Assembly: GCA_963836755.1 (NCBI GenBank) | Contig: CAWIKF010000002.1 | Span: forward strand, 1,344,001-1,408,000 | Direction: 5' to 3' | Origin: an uncultured Verrucomicrobiae bacterium | GTDB lineage: Bacteria > Verrucomicrobiota > Verrucomicrobiia > Chthoniobacterales > Chthoniobacteraceae | DNA length: 64,000 nt | In this document: positions 19,304 through 29,183 of the stretch, piece by piece | Layout: each line of letters starts with the position of its first letter | How positions within the stretch are numbered: the stretch's first letter is position 1 | The notes under the pieces: generated by a model | What the model saw: only the letters and a program-made list of their open reading frames with translations | What the model was told of the DNA's origin: nothing | Database searches by the model: none | Program-made: the position numbers and the translations under genes

Positions 19304-20884
19304 TTACATCACTGCAACTTGCGACAAATCCGCTGTCGCCTCGGCGAGCTCGAGATCATTCAAGCCGACGTTGCGTGCAATCGAAACGCGGTTCTGCTTT
19401 CCAAAGGCGTCGACCGTCACTTCCAGCACTTGGTTCGCGTCGTAGCGATACGTCAACTCAACCGGAGAGCCTTTCGGCAAAAATGGCGGGAGCTCAATGT
19501 CGCACACGCCAAGCGGGGTGCACTCGCCCGGAACAGTGCTTTCGCCCTCGACCACGCGCACGATCGCGTTTTTCATATTCGCCTTTGCGGTGCCGAAGGA
19601 ATTTTTCATCTCGACCGGAATCGCGGTCATTTTCTTGATCATCGGGAAAACATATTCCTCAACTTTCGCGTCATCCCAAAGGACGACACCAAGCGTGTGC
19701 GTGGTGATATTCGTCACCTTCATCAATGCGCCGGATTTGTCGGAAAATTGCTCGCGCACCTCGATCGGCAGCACGCGCTCGCCGAGTTTCTCTTCCTCGT
19801 TGAGCAGCGCGAGAATGCCTTGCGCCGCCGCACCGATCGACACTGCTTCGTCCGGGCTGAGGTCCTCAGCGACCTCCGTGTTCGACAAATTTTTAATCAT
19901 CTCGCGCACGGATGGCATGCGTGACATGCCGCCCGTGAGCAGCACGCGATCGATTTTCGACCAGTCGAGCTTCGCTTCCTGCATCACGATCTCGCAGATC
20001 ATTTTGCATTTCTCGAGCAGATGGCTCGCGCGCTTTTCAAACTCGTCGCGCGTCAATTCCAGCTTGATGCTGTGGCCGTTGTAATTGTGCACGATCGTCG
20101 TGCTTGAGCGCGTGGAAAGCTGCACTTTCGCGGCGAGCGCGCGGTTGTAGAGATCTTGGTAGCTTTGCAAATCGAGCAGCGGATTTTCGCCATGCTGCCG
20201 GTCAAATTCGTCCGCGACCCAGTTCACGATGATGTCGTCCCAATCCTTGCCGCCAAGCCGATGATCGCCATTGCTCGCGAGCATCCGGATGTGGTGGCTC
20301 TCGATTCTCATGATCGTGACGTCGAACGTGCCGCCGCCGAGATCGAATACGAACGCGGTCTGCTGCGTATCGCGCTTGTTCAGCCCATACGCGAGCGCCG
20401 CGGCCGTCGGCTCGTTGATGATCTGTAAAACATTCAGCCCTGCGAGCTGGCCTGCATGCAAGGTCGCCGTGCGCTCGGCGTCGTTGAAATAAGCGGGCAC
20501 GGTGATCACTGCGTCGGTCACTCGAGTGGCGAGATATTTTTCCGCGTCGTTTTTGAGTTTCTTGATGATGAGCGCGGAGAGCTCTTCGGCTGTGTATAAC
20601 TTTCCGTTAAACTCGCGGTTAAACTCCGCGCGGCTCTTTCCCATTTCGCGTTTCACAAAATCAACGATCTTTTCCGGCTCCGCCACCGCGTTTTGTTTCG
20701 CCATCGTGCCTACGATCGCCTGACTGCCATCAAACAAAATCACTGACGGCGTGATACGCTCGTTTTCCGCATTCGGGATGATTTGCGGTTTGCCGTATTG
20801 GTCGATGTGCGCGATCGCCGAGAAAGTGGTGCCGAGGTCGATGCCGACTGCTTTGCGTGGAGGAGGTGTTCGATTATCGCTCAT
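19304..20884 (-). CDS. Hsp70 family protein lacking the C-terminal lid
   Basis: GIDLGTT, ITVPAYF, INEPTAAALAYG, FDLGGGTFD, LLTGGMSRMP, PDEAV; ends shortly after the beta substrate-binding domain. Confidence 0.95.
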   Translation of the reverse strand: MSDNRTPPPRKAVGIDLGTTFSAIAHIDQYGKPQIIPNAENERITPSVILFDGSQAIVGTMAKQNAVAEPEKIVDFVKREMGKSRAEFNREFNGKLYTAEELSALIIKKLKNDAEKYLATRVTDAVITVPAYFNDAERTATLHAGQLAGLNVLQIINEPTAAALAYGLNKRDTQQTAFVFDLGGGTFDVTIMRIESHHIRMLASNGDHRLGGKDWDDIIVNWVADEFDRQHGENPLLDLQSYQDLYNRALAAKVQLSTRSSTTIVHNYNGHSIKLELTRDEFEKRASHLLEKCKMICEIVMQEAKLDWSKIDRVLLTGGMSRMPSVREMIKNLSNTEVAEDLSPDEAVSIGAAAQGILALLNEEEKLGERVLPIEVREQFSDKSGALMKVTNITTHTLGVVLWDDAKVEEYVFPMIKKMTAIPVEMKNSFGTAKANMKNAIVRVVEGESTVPGECTPLGVCDIELPPFLPKGSPVELTYRYDANQVLEVTVDAFGKQNRVSIARNVGLNDLELAEATADLSQVAVM

Positions 20885-20948
20885 GTGGTGTGGTTCCAAA
20901 AAATCCTTGTTTTGAGAAAGCGAATTGCATGCCACGGGCAGGCAATCC

Positions 20949-21707
20949 TCATTTTTGCGCCGGCGCCAGCTCGACCAGGCAACCTTCCTTCCATTTCCGA
21001 ATCACGACTTCCTCGGGGCGCAAAAGCCGCTCGCGCCACAAAAATCCGGGCTTCAAACTTGCCACGATCATTTGATCGTCCTCCTGCGTCTCAGCCATTT
21101 CCACGGACACCGCACGCTGATTTTGTTTGTCCAGCCGGCCCGTCGATGCCTCCACGCGATGCACTTCCATGCGCGCCAAAATTTCTAGCACCGAATGCAC
21201 CGCGTGATCGAGATTCGTGCTGAGCAGCCGCGTTTTTTGCAGAGCAGGAGAAAAATTTCCCGCCTGCTCCACGAGAAAGGCTGCGGTCTGCCGATGGAGC
21301 GCCGACAGGTCGTCGAAAAGCGTGATCAAATCGCGCACGATCGGCTTGTGAAAAACATCGAGCAGGAAATCGTCTTTGTAGCTGCGCAATTCATCGTGCA
21401 GCGCGTCAAACTGCTTCTGATTCAGCACCTCTTTTTGCTCCAGACTTGTCCGCAGCGCCGCGAGCACCTCCGGCAGCCCCGCCTGCGCAGCCACACTCGC
21501 TTCCAGCCGCTCCAGCGTCCGCGTGTTCTCCGACGTCACGCGCCCGAGCGCATCAATTCCCTGCACCAGCGGCTTCAAAATTTTCGCGAGATTCTCCATC
21601 TTCGGCGCCGCTTGCTCTTCGTGTGAAAGGTGGTCCGCTTCCTGCGAAAGCGACTTCATCTGCAACTCAAAATCGGCTGCGTCGTCAATGACATGCATGT
21701 CTGGCAT
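20949..21707 (-). CDS. GrpE-like nucleotide exchange factor
   Basis: Coiled-coil N-terminus; C-terminal QRAVSV..IVASLKPGFLWRERLLRPEEVVI GrpE head pattern. Confidence 0.85.
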   Translation of the reverse strand: MPDMHVIDDAADFELQMKSLSQEADHLSHEEQAAPKMENLAKILKPLVQGIDALGRVTSENTRTLERLEASVAAQAGLPEVLAALRTSLEQKEVLNQKQFDALHDELRSYKDDFLLDVFHKPIVRDLITLFDDLSALHRQTAAFLVEQAGNFSPALQKTRLLSTNLDHAVHSVLEILARMEVHRVEASTGRLDKQNQRAVSVEMAETQEDDQMIVASLKPGFLWRERLLRPEEVVIRKWKEGCLVELAPAQK

Positions 21708-21719
21708 GCACAAAACCAA

Positions 21720-21735
21720 AGCGAAATTCGCGCCA
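21720..21735 (-). promoter_or_regulatory. sigma54-type -24/-12 element
   Basis: Minus strand TGGCGCGAATTTCGCT directly upstream of the GrpE-like gene. Confidence 0.55.
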
Positions 21736-21781
21736 CGCCCCGCGCCTGATTTTTACGCCCCGAAAATTTTTTCGTGACGAA

Positions 21782-22201
21782 CTATCCGCCGAGCACGCTC
21801 ACGATCAGCCGCCGGCGATGCGATGCACGCCGATGCTCGAAAACAAAAATTCCCTGCCACGTCCCGAGCTGCATCTGCGCGTGAGCGATCGGAATTGTCT
21901 CGCTCGTCCGCGTCAAAACCATGCGAATGTGCGACGTCGAATCGTCGGAACCCTCCGCCGTGTGCGTGAAATACTTCGAATTCTCCGGCACCAACTTTTC
22001 AAAATACGCCTCGAGATCCGTCCGCGCCGAGCGATCCGCATTTTCAAAAATAATCAGGCTCGCACTCGTGTGCTGCAGGAAAACCGTCACCGCGCCCGTC
22101 GTCACTCCGCTCTCGCGCACCGCGCGCTCGACGTCCTCCGTGATTTCGTAAGTCCCTTTCCCGCGCGTTACGATTTCGAATGTAGCGGTGTGCGCTTTCA
22201 A
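21782..22201 (-). CDS. yjbQ: YjbQ/UPF0047 family protein
   Basis: HTSASLIIFENAD, HTAEGSDD, LGTWQGIFVFEHR. Confidence 0.92.
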   Translation of the reverse strand: MKAHTATFEIVTRGKGTYEITEDVERAVRESGVTTGAVTVFLQHTSASLIIFENADRSARTDLEAYFEKLVPENSKYFTHTAEGSDDSTSHIRMVLTRTSETIPIAHAQMQLGTWQGIFVFEHRRASHRRRLIVSVLGG

Positions 22202-22204
22202 AGT

Positions 22205-23713
22205 TCAGGCAAAGTGCTGTCGGATCGCAGCGATCAAGCCCGGCACATCATGACGCTTCGCCTCGAGGTCAACTGAGAGCCCGAGCTCGCGCATCGCGTG
22301 CGAAGTGACCGGCCCGATGCTCGCCGTCCTCATCTCAGTTGAGCGCGGCAAATTTAACGCCATGAAATTCTGCGCAGTCGACGCGCTTGTGAAGGTAATC
22401 AAATCGGCGCCCTCATCTTTGAAGCGCTCCAGCGCGCCGCTCGCATCGTCCGTTTCCGGCACCGTGCGATACGCGATCGCTTCGTCCACGATCGCTCCCG
22501 CCTTTGTCAGAGCCGGCGCCAGCAATTTGCGCGTGACCTCGGCGCGCACCAAAAGAATGCGCTCATTTTCCAGCGAGCCCTGCGCTTGCAACGCGCGCAG
22601 CAACGATTCCGCGACAAATTCGTCGGGTTGAAGATCGACTTTCAAATGAAAATCTTTCACGCGCTGCGCCGTGGCCGGGCCGATCGCCGCGATACGCGCG
22701 CCGCCGATTTCGCGCGCGTCGTCGTAAAGCTTGAAGAACATTTCAAAGAACGCACTCGCGCCATTCGGGCTCGTGAAAATGATCCAATCGTAGCCGTGGG
22801 AATCCTGCACGAGCTGCCCAAACTCCATCCGATCGCGCGGCGGCTCGATGCGAATCGTCGGCAGTTCAAACACCTCCGCGCCGAGCGTGCGAAGCCCGGC
22901 CGAAAGCGCGCCTGCCTGTTTGCGCGTGCGCGTGACGACAATTCGTTTTCCGAAAAGCGGCCGCGATTCGAACCAGTTCAATGTGTCGCGCAAATTCACA
23001 ACTTCGCCAAAAATCGCGACAGCCGGCGCAGAAAATTCCGCCTCCGCGACAAGCGCCGCAATATTTTCCAATCGCCCGCGAATCGTTTGCTGGCGGGCAG
23101 TCGTGGCCCATCGCACCAGCGCGACCGGCAACTTTGGATCAGCTCCATTTGCAAGAAAAGCGTCCGCGATTTTCTCGATTCGCTCCACGCCCATCAGCAT
23201 CACTTTCGTTCCCGGCTGCCGCGCGAGTTGCGCATAGTCGAGAGCAGTTTCCGATTTTGCCGGATCCTCGTGACCGGTGAAAATCGTGAGCTGCGAATTG
23301 TGTCCGCGATGCGTGACCGGAATCCCCGCATAAGCCGGCCCAGCCAGCGCCGAGGAAACGCCCGGCACGATTTCAAACGCTAGCCCGGCGCGCGCGAGCG
23401 CTTCAGCCTCCTCGCCGCCGCGGCCAAACAGAAACGGATCGCCGCCTTTCAACCGCACCACTTTCTTTCCAGCCGCCGTTTTTTCCACGAGCAGCGCATT
23501 GATTTCATCCTGCGTGAGCGTGTGCGCGCCCGCTTTTTTCCCCGCGTAAATAATTTCCGCGACAGCTGGCGCCCATTGCAAAATCTCAGGATTGCAAAGG
23601 TAGTCGTAAACGATCACGTCGGCTTGCTCGACGCATTCCCGCGTCCGCAAAGTCACGAGTCCAAGAGCGCCGGGCCCAGCGCCGGCGAGATAACAGATTC
23701 CGTCGTTTTTCAT
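22205..23713 (-). CDS. cobA-hemD: uroporphyrinogen-III C-methyltransferase / uroporphyrinogen-III synthase fusion
   Basis: GAGPG, VRLKGGDPFLFGRGGEE; HemD half FTSPNG, AIGPATA. Confidence 0.93.
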   Translation of the reverse strand: MKNDGICYLAGAGPGALGLVTLRTRECVEQADVIVYDYLCNPEILQWAPAVAEIIYAGKKAGAHTLTQDEINALLVEKTAAGKKVVRLKGGDPFLFGRGGEEAEALARAGLAFEIVPGVSSALAGPAYAGIPVTHRGHNSQLTIFTGHEDPAKSETALDYAQLARQPGTKVMLMGVERIEKIADAFLANGADPKLPVALVRWATTARQQTIRGRLENIAALVAEAEFSAPAVAIFGEVVNLRDTLNWFESRPLFGKRIVVTRTRKQAGALSAGLRTLGAEVFELPTIRIEPPRDRMEFGQLVQDSHGYDWIIFTSPNGASAFFEMFFKLYDDAREIGGARIAAIGPATAQRVKDFHLKVDLQPDEFVAESLLRALQAQGSLENERILLVRAEVTRKLLAPALTKAGAIVDEAIAYRTVPETDDASGALERFKDEGADLITFTSASTAQNFMALNLPRSTEMRTASIGPVTSHAMRELGLSVDLEAKRHDVPGLIAAIRQHFA

Positions 23714-24636
23714 CGCGAAAAGTTTTCGAGTTGGGCGAAGACTTCTTGAGCAATCAGCTCCGGCGCATCCGTGTCGCCTTCCGCTTCTCCGGTGCGTGGC
23801 GCGTGATCTTCTTCGCCGAAAACAATTGTTTCCATGTGGAGTCGAGTGCCTGAAATTTTCGTTTTTGCACCGACCGGCAAAGTGCAATCACCGTTGAGCA
23901 GGCGCAGCAATTCGCGTTCGGCCCGCACGCATTGGAACGTTGGGAGATGGTTGATTTTCTCAAGCATTGAAACAGTGGATTCGTCGCTCGCGCGCGCTTC
24001 GAGCGCAATCGCTCCTTGCCCGATCGCCGGCAGCGTCGGCAGAATTTCGACGGCAAAGTTTATGCCGTCAAAGTTGAGCAATCCCTCGGCAACGCTGTAG
24101 CCAAGCCGCTCCAGGCCCGCCCGCGCGAGCACAATGGCATCGAGCGATGCGCTCTCGCGCAGCTTCCGCAAACGAGTCGGAACATTTCCGCGCATTTCCT
24201 CCACGCACAAATCGTCGCGCAAAAATTGCAGTTGCCGGCGTCGTCGAACGCTGTTCGTCGCGACTCGCGCGCCTTGCTTGAGCGCGACAAAAGACACGGA
24301 CGTTTTTGAAATCATAACGTCATCCGTCGCGCCGCGTTCGAGCACGGCTGCGACTGCACAATCGCGCGCGAGCTGGCCGGGCAAATCCTTGCAACTGTGC
24401 ACCGCCACATCGATTTCACGCGCAAGCAGCGACTCCTCGATTTCCTTGGTGAACATTCCCTTCAAGCCCGCGCCACTTTCAATCCACGCCCTTTCATTTT
24501 GCCGGCGATCGCCGGATGTCGTGATCTTTTTTACCTCGATTACCAGCGCAGGTTCGGCTTTCGCGAACGCTTGTTTTACAAGCTCCACTTGCGCAAGGGC
24601 GAGGGCGCTGCCACGCGATCCGAGCACGAGCCTCAC
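23710..24636 (-). CDS. hemC: hydroxymethylbilane synthase
   Basis: GSRGSALALAQ, KGMFTKEIE, AVHSCKDLP, RGNVPTRL. Confidence 0.96.
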   Translation of the reverse strand: MRLVLGSRGSALALAQVELVKQAFAKAEPALVIEVKKITTSGDRRQNERAWIESGAGLKGMFTKEIEESLLAREIDVAVHSCKDLPGQLARDCAVAAVLERGATDDVMISKTSVSFVALKQGARVATNSVRRRRQLQFLRDDLCVEEMRGNVPTRLRKLRESASLDAIVLARAGLERLGYSVAEGLLNFDGINFAVEILPTLPAIGQGAIALEARASDESTVSMLEKINHLPTFQCVRAERELLRLLNGDCTLPVGAKTKISGTRLHMETIVFGEEDHAPRTGEAEGDTDAPELIAQEVFAQLENFSR

Positions 24637-25709
24637 GATTCTGAAACGCGCGCGCCGGCCGGCAGTTCGTGCGTCTCCACCGGCTCAGCCGCGAGCGGAT
24701 GACCGAGCCATGCGGAAAATTCCGCGACGTGGCGCTCGATCATTTTTTCGCAAATCGCAAGATCTTGTCGACGGATCGCGAGCGATTGCTCGGAGAGCTG
24801 CCGCAGCGAATCGATGTCGTAAAGATAAACGCCGTCGAGTTCGTTGATGGCGGGATCAATGTCGCGCGGCACGGCGAGGTCGATGACGAAAAGCGGCCGC
24901 GCGCGACGCGTGTGCATGATCGGCGTAAGTTTTTCACGCGTGACGATGGCGTGCGGCGCGGCGGTCGAACTGATGAGGATATCGATTTCATCGAAGTGTT
25001 TGTCCCAATGGTCAAAATGAATTGCCGCGCCGCCCATTTCCGCCGCGAGCTGTGCGGCGCGTTCGTAGCTGCGGTTGGAGACGATGATGCTTTTCGCGCC
25101 GCGCGCGAGCAGGGCGCGCGCAGTTTGTTCGCTTGTTTCGCCTGCGCCGAGAATCATTACTTTACACGTGTTCAAACGTCCGAAAATCTTTTCCGAAAGA
25201 TCGACTGCGACGGAGCCGACGGAAACGGAGCCGCGCGTGATGTTCGTCCGGCTGCGGACTTCCTTCGCGACGTTGAACGCGCGTTGAAAAAGTTTGTTGA
25301 GATGCCGCGACGTCGAGCGATGCGTCGAGGCCTCAAGGTATGCTTTTTTGACCTGGCCCAAAATTTCCGTTTCGCCAAGAACCATGGATTCAAGCCCGCT
25401 CACGACGCGGAACAGATGGCGAATGCTGTGCGGCGCATCTATTTTATAAAACTCCGACAGCGCGGAAATGTCGGCCGCTGCGCGCTCGCTGACAAATTGC
25501 CGCAACGCTGCAAACCCGCGCGCCGGCTCGCTCGCGACGCCGTAAAATTCGACGCGATTGCACGTGGAGACGATGACGGCTTCGGCGAGGCCATCCATCG
25601 CACAAAGCCGACGAGCGGCTTCCCCGAGCTCATGCCCTGCCACGGCGAAACGCTCGCGCAGTGCGACGTCGGCGGTTTGATGGCTGAGGCCGAGGCAGAG
25701 AACGTTCAT
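24633..25709 (-). CDS. hemA: glutamyl-tRNA reductase
   Basis: STCNRVE, GLESMVLGETEILGQ, DLAVPRDI. Confidence 0.96.
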   Translation of the reverse strand: MNVLCLGLSHQTADVALRERFAVAGHELGEAARRLCAMDGLAEAVIVSTCNRVEFYGVASEPARGFAALRQFVSERAAADISALSEFYKIDAPHSIRHLFRVVSGLESMVLGETEILGQVKKAYLEASTHRSTSRHLNKLFQRAFNVAKEVRSRTNITRGSVSVGSVAVDLSEKIFGRLNTCKVMILGAGETSEQTARALLARGAKSIIVSNRSYERAAQLAAEMGGAAIHFDHWDKHFDEIDILISSTAAPHAIVTREKLTPIMHTRRARPLFVIDLAVPRDIDPAINELDGVYLYDIDSLRQLSEQSLAIRRQDLAICEKMIERHVAEFSAWLGHPLAAEPVETHELPAGARVSES

Positions 25710-26494
25710 TTAAAAGGATGCGGCGGCGTGATGAAATTGAGTCCCCACAAAGTCGAGAGCGTGACTGCAAATGCGCCGACGGCCAACTGTGCGACGCGCC
25801 TCGGACTCACACGTTTCCATTTTTCCGCCTGCAAAATCGCGGCGTAAATCAGCCAGACGCCGAAGCCCCACGAAACTTTCAACCAATCGAGCCGCACCGC
25901 GAAACCGGCGAGAAGGCCGATGGTTAAAAGAACGAAGCCGGTCAGCAGCAGGCGATTGATCGCGGCGGCGAGATCGTGGAGCGGCGGCAGATGAAAAAAA
26001 ATCGAGCGCAGATGATGCGTCTTCAATTGACGCTCCTGCACGAGCAGCATCGCTCCCGCAACGCCCGCCAAAGCAAACGCGCCGTAAGCGACGATCGAAA
26101 TCGCCGCGTGCAATTCCAGCCACGGACTCGGCCGCGCGGTGATGATCGCGGGCAGATCGGGCAGCGCGAGCAATGCGAAAATTTGAAAAAGAAAAACCAG
26201 CGGCGACGTGAATGCGCCGAGCAGCGACAAGCGATAGACCGGGCCGACGAGCAGATAGAGCAGCACCATCGACCAGCTCAGAAAAATGAAGACCTCGAAA
26301 AGATTCGTGAGCGGGCAGCGACCGATCGCGTGGCCGCGCGAAAAAAGAAACCCGGTTTGCAGCGCGAAGCCGAGGGAGATCGCGGAAAAATTAAAACGCG
26401 ATGGGCGATAATGCCCCGCGCCCAGCGCAAACATCGTGTAGGCGAAGCCGAGCAAAAAACAAAATGTGGAAGCGACGAGCAAGGCGCGATCCAT
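25706..26494 (-). CDS. cytochrome c assembly protein (CcsA/HemX-like)
   Basis: Multi-TM; WLELHAAIS and QERQLK motifs; first gene of the hem operon. Confidence 0.8.
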   Translation of the reverse strand: MDRALLVASTFCFLLGFAYTMFALGAGHYRPSRFNFSAISLGFALQTGFLFSRGHAIGRCPLTNLFEVFIFLSWSMVLLYLLVGPVYRLSLLGAFTSPLVFLFQIFALLALPDLPAIITARPSPWLELHAAISIVAYGAFALAGVAGAMLLVQERQLKTHHLRSIFFHLPPLHDLAAAINRLLLTGFVLLTIGLLAGFAVRLDWLKVSWGFGVWLIYAAILQAEKWKRVSPRRVAQLAVGAFAVTLSTLWGLNFITPPHPFK

Positions 26495-26581
26495 GGCGGA
26501 TGGCCACTTTACCGGCCGCGCGTGGCTTTTGCAACCGGCGCACACAGCGCGCGAAGCTTCGGCCACATGTGGCACTTATGT

Positions 26582-28255
26582 TTACAAAGCGGAAAGCTCG
26601 CGAACGACTTCGCGCGGCGATTTGTCCTCGCGCAGGCCCAGGAACGCCGGATGGCGCAGGCCGGCATCGCGCGTCCATTCCGTGAAGCGCACCTGGCAGA
26701 CGAGCGCAGGCTCGATCCAGGTGCAGCGCTTCATCTCGGCGCGCGTAATTCCCTGTCCCCATCGGCCTTTGCGCTGAGTCGGCAGATTCGCAAAGGGGCA
26801 ATCGTCGCGCTGCAACTTTTTCATCTTCGCGTGCAATTCGCGCAAAAGTTTTTCGCTGAAACCGGTGCCAACTTTTGCCGCAAAGATCAGTTTTTCCTTT
26901 TCGTAAAAACCGACGAGCAGCGCGCCGAAATGGCTGCGCGCGCCTTGCGGATCGGTGAAGCCGCCGATGACAAATTCCTGTTCGTTCGTCACTTTTAATT
27001 TCACCCACGCACCGCTTCGCCGGCCGGTTTCGTAAACGGAATCGCCGCGTTTGCCGACGATACCCTCGAGCCCGAGTTTTTTTACATTGTTTAAAAGTTC
27101 AGCGACGTCGCCTTCGAGATTTGCGGAAAAGCGGATTTCGTCCGGCGCATCTTCGAGCAACTTTTCCAAAACTTTTTTCCGTTCGGTCAAAGGCAATCCG
27201 CGCAAATCGCGGCCTTCGAGATTCAATAAATCGAACGCGTAATAACAGATCGGCGGATGCTCCTCGTTCATGTCGTGCGCCTGCAGGAGCTGAAAAGATG
27301 GGCGACCTTTTTCGTCGAGCGCGACAACTTCGCCATCGATCACCGCGCTTTTGCACGGAAGTTTTTTCAGCGCCGGAACCAGCTCCGGAAATTTTTGCGT
27401 CAAGGTTTTTTGGTTGCGCGAAATAAGTTCCGCATCCTTTTCGCGCTTGATGACGAGCGCGCGGAAGCCGTCGAATTTCAACTCGTAAATCCAGCCGGTT
27501 CCCGACGGTTTTTTTTCCACGGACTTTGCTTTCATCGGCTCGATGAATGCCGGTTTCGCCTCTGGAAGTTTTTTCAGTTCGGCGAGATCGAATGACGCGT
27601 TCTTTGCCGCGACTTCTTTTTCAACGACGGATTTTTCGCGAACTTTGGTCGCGAAACTTTTGCTTTTGTCGTCGCGGTTCGATTGCCATTCGGCGTCTTT
27701 GTCGGCAGCGATGCGCGCCATTGTCCGCTGCGTCAGGATCGATTCGTCGTCGTGCTTTTTGGAAATCGCGCGCATCGACTCGTCGCTTTTCAAAAGCAGC
27801 CACGCATTTTTTTCGTCAGAATTTTTGAGCGCGATCAGCGTCCATTCGCCGTCGAGTTTTTTTCCGTGGAGCGCAAAGTGCAGCTTCCCCTCGTCGAGGT
27901 CGCGCGCGGGCTCGTCGCTGCCGAGCGGCTCCCACGTGCCGATGTCCCACACCATCACGGTGCCGCCGCCGTATTGGCCTTTCGGGATGATGCCCTCGAA
28001 GCGCGCGTAATCGAGCGGATGATCCTCGACGTGCATCGCGAGACGCCTGTCGCCTTTTTTAAATGGGACGCCTTTCGGCACGGCCCACGATTTCAGGACG
28101 CCGTCGAGCTCGAGGCGGAAGTCGTAGTGCAGCCGCGAGGCGTCGTGTTTTTGAATGACGAAAAGCAGGCCTTTTTTGCGCCGCGCTTTTGTTTTTGGCG
28201 CAGGCTCCGCGGTTTTTTTGAAATCGCGTTTCGCCTTGTATTCGCGCAGTCCCAT
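26582..28255 (-). CDS. ligD: NHEJ DNA ligase D (phosphoesterase + ligase domains only)
   Basis: FVIQKHDASRLHYDFRLE; YELKFDGFR; EGIVGKR..WVKLK; LRHPAFLGLREDK. Confidence 0.93.
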   Translation of the reverse strand: MGLREYKAKRDFKKTAEPAPKTKARRKKGLLFVIQKHDASRLHYDFRLELDGVLKSWAVPKGVPFKKGDRRLAMHVEDHPLDYARFEGIIPKGQYGGGTVMVWDIGTWEPLGSDEPARDLDEGKLHFALHGKKLDGEWTLIALKNSDEKNAWLLLKSDESMRAISKKHDDESILTQRTMARIAADKDAEWQSNRDDKSKSFATKVREKSVVEKEVAAKNASFDLAELKKLPEAKPAFIEPMKAKSVEKKPSGTGWIYELKFDGFRALVIKREKDAELISRNQKTLTQKFPELVPALKKLPCKSAVIDGEVVALDEKGRPSFQLLQAHDMNEEHPPICYYAFDLLNLEGRDLRGLPLTERKKVLEKLLEDAPDEIRFSANLEGDVAELLNNVKKLGLEGIVGKRGDSVYETGRRSGAWVKLKVTNEQEFVIGGFTDPQGARSHFGALLVGFYEKEKLIFAAKVGTGFSEKLLRELHAKMKKLQRDDCPFANLPTQRKGRWGQGITRAEMKRCTWIEPALVCQVRFTEWTRDAGLRHPAFLGLREDKSPREVVRELSAL

Positions 28256-28267
28256 TGGAACCGCGGC

Positions 28268-29086
28268 TCAGGCCGCTTTTTTGCGCTTCGCGGGCGCAGA
28301 AGTTTTCTTCGATTTTTTGCCGGAGTTTTGAAGGCTTTGCTGCAAGACGGAGACGAGATCGATGACGTTCGTGGCCTTGCGTTTCGGCGCGGGTTTGCCG
28401 GGCGCGGCTTCGGGATGCTCGATTTTTTCCTCGATGACTTTTTCCAATTTCGCGCGGTAGTCGTCCTTGTATTTTTCGGGCTCCCACTCGCCGCTCATGC
28501 TGTCAACGAGCGCCGTCGCCATATCGAGTTCCTTTTTGCCGACCTCATGTTTCGTGATTTTTAATTCGCTGGCGTTCACGAGTTCTTCGGCGAAATGCAT
28601 CAGCTCGAGCACGAGGCCGCGCTGGCTCGGTTTTACGCCTGCGAGATATTGGCGCGTTTTGATGACGACTTTTGCGATGCCAATCTTGCCGGTTTTTTCC
28701 AGCGCCTCGCGGAGCAGCGCGTAGGCTTTGTCGCCGCCTTTTTCCGGCTCCATATAATAAGGCTTGTAGAAAAACATCGGGTCCACTTCCTCGAGATCGA
28801 CGAAATCCGTGATATCCACCGTCTGCGTCGCCTCGACATCCACGCGGGCAAAATCTTCATCCTTTAGCACGATGAATTTTCCTTTTTCGTGCTCGTAGCC
28901 TTTCACGATCTGATCCCACGGAACCTCCTTGCCATCGGCCTCAGCGACGCGTTTGTAATTGACTGGGCTCAAATCGCTCGCGCGCAAAAGGCGGAATTTC
29001 AGCTCCTCTTTTCGCGTCGCCGGATAAAGCGCGATCGGAATGTTGACGAGGCCGAACGAAATGGCTCCCTTCCAAATGGCACGCAT
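28268..29086 (-). CDS. ku: Ku protein
   Basis: MRAIWKGAISFGLVNIP, IVKGYE, basic C-terminal tail. Confidence 0.97.
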   Translation of the reverse strand: MRAIWKGAISFGLVNIPIALYPATRKEELKFRLLRASDLSPVNYKRVAEADGKEVPWDQIVKGYEHEKGKFIVLKDEDFARVDVEATQTVDITDFVDLEEVDPMFFYKPYYMEPEKGGDKAYALLREALEKTGKIGIAKVVIKTRQYLAGVKPSQRGLVLELMHFAEELVNASELKITKHEVGKKELDMATALVDSMSGEWEPEKYKDDYRAKLEKVIEEKIEHPEAAPGKPAPKRKATNVIDLVSVLQQSLQNSGKKSKKTSAPAKRKKAA

Positions 29087-29183
29087 ACATTTGTAAAACG
29101 GAGGACGGCGCCGCGGCGGACTTACACGCCGCGTTTGACGTGGTGCGGCATTGGCCTAGACTCTTCGGCATCCCAAATCGGGC

